A stretch of 64,000 nt of DNA. Source: Chrysomallon squamiferum (lineage: Eukaryota > Animalia > Mollusca). Below, piece by piece: positions 39,705 to 50,800 of the stretch. The position numbers and the translations under genes are program-made. The stretch spans positions 3,658,001 through 3,722,000 of the forward strand of contig CM022675.1 in assembly GCA_012295275.1 (NCBI GenBank), written 5' to 3'. The notes under the pieces are model-generated. The model was not told the origin of the DNA. It ran no database searches and saw only the letters and a list, made by a program, of their open reading frames with translations. The stretch's first letter is position 1. Each line of letters starts with the position of its first letter.

Positions 39705-42700
39705 ATGGCGACTGGAGGTGAGGAGAAAAGCATGGGAAATGCTCTCTTAGTTTGTGCTTATAATCAGTAGTTTTTTGGATCATAATCGAAATCTTTATTT
39801 TATTTAAAAGTTCTTCATGCTAGGCTGTATTCTGTAGTGTCATTTAATAGCTCAATCGAGACATATATTTAAATTTTGTGTAGCAATGTCATCGGAAGGA
39901 CCATACGGTACATGATTGACCGATTCACGTGGGTTGATTCAACACGAAATTTAAGCGCAAATAATTTTTGCGTTCTTTAAAACTAACTTCGCCACTTAAA
40001 AATTAATACAAAATTACTTTTTAAAAATCTGTTAATAAATAACGTTTATCAAACTTGAATCAAGAATTATTTTGCAAACATTCAATCAGATTATTAAATC
40101 TCATAAATGGTTACTAAGGTTTATTTTTGTTCACGACAAAAAATGAAAAATGATAAATAGTAGATGAAATGGATAAAACCAGTCTGTTATAACAAACCAG
40201 TGACTGTATTTTAAAATCACTTAGCAATATTTGCTGTTGATCATATTGATCATGATCAAAAAAAGGTTTTTGATTGTATTTGTCAAGATAAACATCAGTA
40301 AATTATATTAAATCGTTACTTAATTATAAATTTCATATCCAGCTTTTTATACACTAAAGCCTTAATTTAGTTTACATGGAATATTTTAAAACAAACAAAA
40401 AAAAACCATCATAAATGTGCCAGCTGACACATGAAATGGATGGATTATACAGAACACAAAATATTAACTTCTAACTAGTTAATTTGCATCTTAAACAGTA
40501 TTGTCAGTTTTGTTCTTTTTTCATCAAATTTCACTTGGTGACAAATGAATGGCACAACTGAAAATACTTTAAACATTTAAAAAGACAATAACAACCACTT
40601 AATGATTTTGTAAAGCTTGTGTATATATTAACAAGGAAAACAATGTAAATTATTACATAAGTAAAATACAGGAAATAATTCTTATGTAGAAAAACTCCAA
40701 TATAATTTCATTGTTTCAGTCATAAATTAATATAGTCAATACTTCAATACCAGTACCAAACATTTGAAGTTTATGAGAAAATCAAAAAGTTCAGATATAA
40801 TAATAGAGAGAGAGAAAAAAAAAAGGTTACTTAACAGACATAATGTTTGTGTTGATCTATTTATCATGTATGCTAAACATTCATTGTGGAAAAGCTAACA
40901 AATGTTATTTACCTTTTCTTATGAAAAGCAGATAATAATAATAATAATATAACTTCAGTTGGTTTTGAATTTTTCCAGTTAATAATAAGTGTCAGTCACA
41001 AAATAGACATTCCAAAATATATTGTTTCCACTGTTTTGATTTTTGATGTAGTTGAGGATGTTTGACAGTTTGATGACAAAGACAGATACAGAAAATTCAT
41101 TCTTAAAATAAATTAATTTCCTCTGTGTTGTTACCTTTCTGTAAAATGTTTATCGTTATACTGTCCAAATATGTCAACAAAAAAGAAAAAAGTTCCAAAG
41201 TATATTTTATGTAACAAAGATATCCATAAAATTAACATAAAATTTTTCTGAAAGATTTAAAAATAAAAAAAACGTTATTAAAATATTTTGAGTTAAATCT
41301 TGTATTTATGTAGTGTAATTAGACAGTCATGAAACAGAATATAAAGATTATTTTACTGTAATGTTAATATAACATTTTACGTTATGCATATTTTTCAGTC
41401 CTCTGTTACTGGTTTTAATGCAGTGAATTGAAGTAAGTTTTATAAATGAGATAGCTTCATGGTTATTGTTTATCTTTAGGTGTGTTAGGTCATGAGGTCA
41501 TTTCACTGATGTGCTCATTTTTTCTTTAGTTTTAGTTTTCCTGGTTTTTAAAAGTTTGTGGTTTGTGTAGTACTGTCTTTGGGAAGGTGCAAGTGAGCAG
41601 TCCCTTGTTGCTAATCACTGAAAATAGTCTTTTGTTGTTTACGACATGTTTTTCTGTATGCAGGTAAAAAGAAGCAGAAGATGAAGGGGAAAACTCTGGC
41701 CCTTACAGAGTTTTTAACTGATGATAAGGGATCAGCTGGGCCTGGGCCCAGTTATGTTCTCTCGAACAAACCAATTGACTGGGCGTCAGAAATGGAAAAC
41801 TTAGCCGTCAGCGATGGTAAGCATGTCACTTCAAATACACACAATGACCACAGAATGGAATACGTGTTTTCACTCTCTCCTCACTTTTACAAGCATTTCA
41901 TTGTATTTATTTTATTTTATTTTATTTTATTTTATTTTATTTTATTTTATTTTATTTTATATAAAGTTAATAAAAAAATAAAAAAAAATTGAGTTGTGTG
42001 GATTACAGCTCATTGATAACTTCTGTCTGAGGCTCGTTGCTCCTCACTAATATCCAGTTCCAACTCCATGACAGATCTTATCAACATCTGATCTAAACTG
42101 TTTTCTTTGGGATTGACTAGTTCTATTTCCTAGCTTTTCATCTTATAGATGATGCCTTGTCGCTAATCTTTAGAAGTTCTGTATGTTATGACTAATACAA
42201 TTAGAAATTATTATTTATAAGTTGATGAAATATAAGTATTCAAATGTTATTTAATAACACACTGAATTTCTTGTTGTGAAATGAAAATATTTGCTACCTA
42301 CAACTATTTATATCTCCAAACAAAATAATGTCACAATTAAAATGTTAATTTAGACTTGAAGTAGACTATTTGAATAACAAAATAACGTGCAGTAAAAGTT
42401 ATTTCTTTCATTTATTTAAAATTTTTGTAAAAGGTAATTAATTAGGTTTAATCTGATATATTTATAATAAATTAATTTGTCCACCTCTTTTGATTTAGAT
42501 GTTGTTGAAGATTTTCGACCAAATTTTGATCGATCGATTTTACCAACGGCTCCGAAAGCTGCCCGGGGTCCAGATGTGGATTTAGACAAAGTTCCAAAAG
42601 TGGCACCATTCACAGCTTTTATAGGCAACCTGCCTTACGAAGCTGACGAACCAAGAATTGAAGACTTTTTCAAAAACCAAAAGGTTGTTATACATTTTTT

Positions 42701-45700
42701 TTTACCTCTCAGTATGTCATTTTTTATTCACACCTGTTGATCTTTATCTGTTTCCAGCCTGTGTGCGAGAATGAATAATTCAAATATACGCATCCATGCA
42801 TTGTGTATATGCTTTTATCTCTACTGTTATATTTCTCTACCTCTACATATGCACACAAACAAATGTGCACATATACACACAAACAAGAAATGCACACATA
42901 CACATACACAAGCACACCAACACATACTCACGTGTACATACACAGATGCACATACAATATCTATGTGTGTGTTGTCTGTACCTGGTTTCCTGTTTTAAAT
43001 TGTCTTTGTAGAAATAATACTACAACCTCAAAACCATGAATGAAATATTCAAGTAATCATTACTATTTTTAGACTATTAACAGGGGTTGCAAACATTTTC
43101 ATAAATTTCAGTCCAGTCTAATTATTTAAAGGATGGCTATTCTTATCTAACAGCTAATTTTGTATTTTACATGTTAATGCTGAATGTGTTTTTTTGTATT
43201 GTTTTTTTTATATATGCTAAATGTGGAGTTTTTATGTATTTTTTATGTTGCAGGTGTTGAATGTATTTTTTTATATTGTATTTTTTAAATATTGTTTTTT
43301 ATGTTGTATGTACTAAATGTGTTTTTTATGTTATAGGTGCTAAATGTGTGTTTTTTATGTTGTAGGTGCTAAATGTGTGTTTTTTATGTTGTAGGTGCTA
43401 AATGTGTTTTTTATGTTGTAGGTGCTAAATGTACGTCTGCCCAATGATCAGGGACGTGCTCGTGGTTTTGGTTACGTGGAATTCGCGGACAGGGAGTCGC
43501 TGATTGACGCTCTTACACTGAATGATCAGGTAACAAGATTACTTTGTTTTATGTACAACTTATTAAATATATTTTTGAGTTACAATATAATTTATAAGAG
43601 AACATTTTTATGTTAAAATGGTGGTTATTTTATGTGGTACACATTCATAACTTGTTCTGCTTACAGATATTCTACAAACACTACTATTATATACTGAAAG
43701 TAAATCAGCTCAACAATTACATATCAAATACTCATTTTACTTAAAATATTCTATAGCATTTAAACCTTATAGTCTCTATATATATAACTTTTAATGTGTA
43801 ATACTAAAACTAAAGAAAACAAATTTTTAATGTTTAATATATATGTTTCATTTATAAATATATTTACAGTATGGTACTTAATAGTACACATTAGGATTAA
43901 GATATTGTATGTTTTACATATTAAACACTTGTTTAACACAAAAATGTTCTGTACTGTTTAGTATTAAACATTAAAAGTAAGTTTTTTTTAAAGTACATAT
44001 TCAAAACTTGTTTATTTATAAATAATCTATAGTATAATAATAGTATTTGGTATCATACCTTCTGTTATTTTCTAAATTACACATTAAAATCAAATTTTTA
44101 CATAACATGCAGTATTACATATTAAAATATTATTTTGTTTATTATATAGACCTATGTGTGTTTTATGTGCCAGGCATTTTCTTTGAAAGCATTATCTTAC
44201 TGATTTCTTTGAGAGAGATGTCAGTCTGATTTCAGATCAGAGAATCTTTAAAGTCTTTCATTTTAAAACATCAACTTAGCTTCCAGATATTTATTTATTT
44301 TTCATTTTTTTTATTATTTTTTTAATTCAGGTATTCTCTGGTCGAAAAATACGAGTTGATTTGGCAGGACAGAGTCAAACTGGAGGTAGGGGAGAGAATT
44401 TGGATTTGTGTGTGTGTGTGTGTGTGCGTGCGTGCGTGCGTGTGTGTGTTTGCATATGTTTTTAAATATGTAGGTGTTTTTATATGTATATGTGTGTACT
44501 AAATAAAATGAGTTTATGTCACCATTTGAGTAAAATAACATGAAATGAACCCATGTCCACTAATGCATCATTATAACTGAGAAAACTAAATTCTTTTTTC
44601 CTTTGTTTTCAGATCGCAATGATTACCGTGACGACCGACGACCTACAGGTGACCCTGACAGGACTGAGGGAGACTGGAGAAGAAGGGATGATCCACCCCC
44701 TTCAACTAATGGTAAAAAAAACCCACTAAAAAACACAACAATTGTTATATTATATATATTGTCATCTTTGTAGTTACTAGTACTGCTGTAGAATCTGATT
44801 TCTTTTAAAACTAGTTGTAACTTCAGTTCAGTCATAATGTATTCCTTCATGTTAATTATTTTCTTTAGTTTTTCTTATCTTTACTCATTTCTGCTGAAGG
44901 AAGTTTTAAGAAAGTTGGAAATGGAAATGGCTGGTGATTGCTTTCTAATAACATTTATAGTTGCCAGATATCTGTTTAAATGCTTTTTAAATTTATGTTA
45001 ATGTGTTATGAAGCAAAATTGAGAGAGAGAGAGAGAGAGGATGAGAAAGAGAGAGAGAGTGCGAGTGTGAGTGAACAAGCAAGAGGAGGTGACTCAGATA
45101 TAAACAGGGATGATGAGTTAATGGAAGAAATGCATGCTTCCCCATCATCCCCTAAAACAAGTCCCCTACAAACCAAACAGTTAATCTGTAAAAGTATCAA
45201 AGATAATTTAATACATCTGTCTAAAAATGAAAACATGAATTTTCCAGATGACAGATACACAGACAGGGGAAGTGATCGTGGATTCGGAGATCGCTATGGT
45301 GACAGAGAAAGCCGGAGTTTTGGCAGTGACAAGGGGAGTTTTGGGGACAGATATGGAGATAGAGATAGAGATCGAGGGTTTGGAGATAGGGACAGGGGTT
45401 TCGGAGATAGGGACCGTCGCTATGGTGGGGACAGAAACAGAGACAGTGGCAGATACAGTGATCGCTATGGTGACAGAGACAGCAGAAGGGGTTTTGGAGA
45501 GAGAGATGGTGACCGAGGTAGGAGATATTCATAATAAAAGTGTCATGCTGCATGCTTGGAAACAGATTTATTATATTTAAAAAAAAATTAAAAACTGTAG
45601 GATTTACAAACAGTATACATATGTATATATGTGTGTGTGTGTACACACATACACACACACACACACTACAACACATTATAATAAATTTATTTTAAATTTT

Positions 45701-47606
45701 ATAAATTAGAATTAAAGTAGTTATATACACTAATAATAATTATTAATTCAATTTTGACAAATCTGTATTTGTAACTATAATTAATATTATGTTTACATCA
45801 TTGATTTCAGTTTAAAAATTTCTTTTTAAAATTGACTTCATCTCATCTTTATCTGTAAAGCTTCAGTTGACATATAAAGCAGTTTCATTTAATTTTCTGT
45901 TTGTCTTACCTTACAATGCTTACAATGCTTACAAAATACAACCTTCACATCTGACTGAAAATACATAAAACTACATATCATGTCACCTTGAAGACTTGAT
46001 CTCTTGTACATCAGGTTAACTTCCTGCAGTCAGGCTATAGCTTATTGTACATGAATTATTTAAACAATATTAAAAATTAAATTGACGATTTTAAAATGGC
46101 AGACTGAATTGCATTATCTATCTTTAGATATCAACACATTTTTCTCTGAAATGATACTTTCAGGATATGGTCGTTATTATTAATCTTTCTGTGAAAATGT
46201 CTTATTTTTAACCTGTTTATTAATATGTGATTACATGAAAATTAATTGTTTTCAAGTATTTCAAATTATGAACATTTTTACATAAAAATATATTATTTTC
46301 AGGTAACTGCATTATTGACATAATTACATACATCAAATTTACATTACTTTCAGGCTGTGATTTATAATTTACATAAAAATACAATATTTTCAGGCTGGTA
46401 TAATCAACATTATTTTCAGGTTATAAATTTACCAACATAACAGGAAAATACATTACTTACAGCTTTTGAAATGATCATCATTAACTTGTAAATTTAATTT
46501 ATTCAGGAAATATATTTGTCAACATAATTACATGAAAATTACTTATTTTCAAGCCATAGTATTATCAAAATAATTTCATAACTATTAATTATTTTCAAGT
46601 ATGATATCAATATAATGACCAAAAAAAATGTCATTTTCAGCTTTTGATGTCATCAGTATTAATATATAAAAATTAATTTATTCAGGTATTAAATTTATTA
46701 GCATAATATGATAATACAAATATTAATTACATTCACACTGCATCATTATCAACATAATCACATAAAAATATATTATTTTGAGGTTGAAAAAAATTACCAA
46801 CATTACTCCACAAAAATGTCATCTTCAGCTTTTGACATCAACATTAACGTATAAAAATTAAACATTCTCATAATAAATGAATTCTATCAAAATTAGTATT
46901 TTTCAAGCTATGACATTCACATAACAACAAGTGAAATGTATCAGAATTAGTTATTTTCAAGCTACAACATTCACATAACAACAAATGAATTGTATCAGAA
47001 TGAGTTCTTTTCAAGTTATGACATTCACATAACAACAAATGAATTGTATCAAAATTAGTTATTTTCACGTAGCAATGGATGTTATTTATGTTTCAGGATA
47101 CGACATTGACATAACAACAAGTGAATTGTATCCGAATCAGTTAGTTTCACGTAATAAAGGATGTTAATTATGTTTCAGGATACAACATTGACATAACAAC
47201 AAGTAAATTGTATCAGAATCAGTTATTTTCACATAATAACGGATGTTATTTATGTTTCAGGATACGACAAAGGTGGATTCGGGACGGGCTACAGGCGGGA
47301 CAGTGGATACAATGATAGGTATGGACGTAGGGAACGTTATGGCGGCAGGTAATGATTCTTTGTTGAATTATCACCATCTGCTTGCATGGCTTCCTGCTTT
47401 GTAGCTTTGGCTCTTGCTGCTTTTTCAAAAGTAACAGGGTTGTGTAGATTAGTCAGTAAGTTTTTCTTTTGTCTTCTTTTGTTCATGAAAAGGATGAGCT
47501 TGCATCAAGATAAGTTTTTATTTTATTTATTTGTTAATGCTGTTAGTTATTGATAAGAAATAATCTCAGTATATCTGTATAATCTATCTAGCTATCTATA
47601 TATACA

Positions 47607-47653
<47 letters not shown>

Positions 47654-47826
47654 TCACAAATGTATGTCTAGATAGATAGATATCAGTTCTGTCCTGCCCT
47701 CCCATATTCATTTGTTGAACTAAATACAGTTCCATTCCCAAAATGCTATCTTCCTGGACTGAAAATATAAAAATATATCAAGTCATATCTCATCACTATG
47801 TGCAGAGAGTGCAGGATATATATACT

Positions 47827-47897
<71 letters not shown>

Positions 47898-50800
47898 TGA
47901 TCTGCTTTATGCTAAATCAGTTCATGCTTTATGCTGCATTTGTTATTTGTTTATATTTTATTTCATTTTGCTTTACATTACTTAACAAAATATTACATTA
48001 CCTTGCATTTAATATTATTTTGTTTATTTATTTATTTTTTTTTTTTTTGGCAATGCAAAATTGCATGGCATTAAATTACTTTCTACTTTATTCTATCTTA
48101 TTACATTTTTTGTTTCATGGATACATATTAAATCATCATAAACCGTGCATGCTATTGGTATTTTATTATTATTATTATTTTTTTTTTTTGTATTTTATAC
48201 TCTATTCTTCTTTTATATCAGAAAATTGTTGTTAAAAGATGTTTTTTTGTTTTTTGTTTTTTTTTGATAACATAATCTGAATACTACTCTGGTAATTTCT
48301 GTATAAATACATAGTGAACTTTATCATTTAACTTTTATAGTTCTAGTTTTGTACTAGGTTTTACCAGTGGCTAACGTCAATGGATGAAAAATATTCTTAT
48401 CTATCATCAAATTCAACTGTAATATTTTTTATTTAATTGATTTAATTTTTGATAAATAAAATATAATAAATAATTAAAATGTAATAAATTCCCTGTTTGT
48501 TATGCTTTGTTGTGGATTAAGCTCCTTCAGTGGTGAGATTTTTGGTTGTGTACAGATTAAAAAATATTATTTCATTTTTCAGATCTGAAAGGCCGGAAAT
48601 CCGAGAATCTAGTGGTGAGATTTGTTTTTTATTTATAATTTTTCTGAGTAACAAAACTTTATATTTTACAAGTGATAAGGTTACGCATAATGAGACAAGA
48701 TTTGTACCCTCGCTGTGCAGGTCATTGTAATTTGTGTAAACAACTGTAAACAGATAGTGAGAGCAAAAAAGAAAAGAATTTAAATGTCAGAGTCACTTTT
48801 AGAAACCAGATGAGTCATAAATGTGATATTACAAGATACAGTTTATTGCAGTGATTAGAGCAGACACTAAAATATGCTGGTTGGGTTATTTATTTCATTC
48901 TGTATCCCATTTCTTATCAGTATTCCTTTACAGTTGTGGGTAGATCCCTATTAATTACTCATTTGAAATAGTAGATTACTAATTAAATTTGTTAGTGCAT
49001 TATCTTCACTTGAAACTTAGAATCACTGATGACTGTTCTTTTTTTTATCAAATGTGAGGCAGGACTTTTTTACTAAATGACAATGCTATAATTTAAAAAG
49101 AAAAAAATATAAAGATTTATAATAACAATACATCTTTAAAAAAACAGTGTTATATACCAAAGCACCTTATACACATACTTTTTATTCAAAAGAAATTTTT
49201 TTTTTTAAATGTATCTTTTATTAAGGAATGCCATTATTTTTGTTTTAATTTAATTTTTCTTTTCCATTGACACCAATTGCTTTAAATTTTATTCTAATGT
49301 GTTTGTGTGAACGTTAATAAATACGACATTTTCGTTTCTCTCTTTAAGACGTAGCAAAGGAAAGACCTCGACTGCAACTACAGCCACGTTCAAAACCAAT
49401 CGAGCTGGTAGCTGCTCCTGAGCCAGTGAAGGAGGCTTCGCGTTCAGCGTCCATCTTCGGTTCAGCAAAACCGGTGGACACCGCCTCACGAGAGATGGAA
49501 ATAGAAAAAAGACTCGCGCAGGAAAAAGTTCTTGGAGACCACCACAAACTGGATGAGGAAAAGGAAAACAGAGATTATAGTAACAGGAGGGAAATGTAAG
49601 GGCAGTGTTTTTGGGTGTGGTGGGTGTGGTTTTGTGTGTGTATATGTGTGTGTGTGTTTACCTGTAATTTTGTGGGTGTACATGTGTTTGTAAGTGTGTC
49701 TGTGTGTATGTTTATTTGGTTATAGTGAGAATTTTTTTATAAGTAATGTAACATGTTGTGATTTTTAATAACTATCTTATTTTAATCAGTTATAGTGTGT
49801 GCACACACATGCATGTACATGCTTGACATGAAGATCAGTGTATGTATGTATACAGTTTGTACATAATACAAGTACAGACTGACAATCCATTATCCCAAAA
49901 GATCCAAATTATCAGTTTTGTTTCAGTGAAAGCATCATACACAGCAACATTTTTACAAGTTTTATTAAATCTTTTTCTAACAAATGAATGTTACAGACTA
50001 TATTTATTGTATGGCTTGTCCCCAAATTCTTGAGAGAAAAGATAATTTGCATGTATTGATATATTCACATGAGTCAGTTTGCATTTGTATGAGGGTATCT
50101 TTGTTAAAATAGCAAGAAAATAAAAATGAAAATAAAATATTTTTTTATAGCTGATAGTTTTTTATGCAGATTTCAGAATTATGTGATGTAAAAGTTTTAT
50201 ATGTAAACCTACACATTTAAAAACATTTATTTAATATTGTTTTTCTAATTTTTTAATTTATAATGATTTATTTTAAATCAATTTAAAAAAACTGTTTTTG
50301 ATTCATGTTGACTTATCAGGCATTAAATAGTAATTTCCAAGACACTTAATATGAGATGACGTAAAAAAAAAAACCCACAACATATTGACACGGTGAATGT
50401 TTTTTTGTCAGGTCGTCTGGAGGTCGCATGCGACGTGACAGCAACCGGTCGAGTGATGGAGAACAGAAGAGAGAAAGACACATCAGCAACAGCTCGGGAA
50501 AATCAATCAGATCAGGTGAGTTTCCTTTAAAACAGAAACAGTACAACTTAACAAACAAAAAACACTTAAAACATAAAAAAAAAATTATATATCTATAGGT
50601 ATATACATATAATATACACATAAAAACACACACACACACAGATTATTTTGTTAGTAATCTTACAAATTGTTGTGATTTTTTATTATTTAATTTTTTTAAA
50701 ATTTTTTTTAAAATTCTATTAAGACAGTGATCAAAAGAAGAAAAAGAAATATTATGTTAAATGTAATTTAAAATCTAAAATTTACAACTGCTTTACAACT

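Noticed and set aside
43081-43095. CAGGGGTTGCAAAC as a hAT terminus in eIF4B intron 3
   Set aside because: No partner TIR or TSD found nearby.
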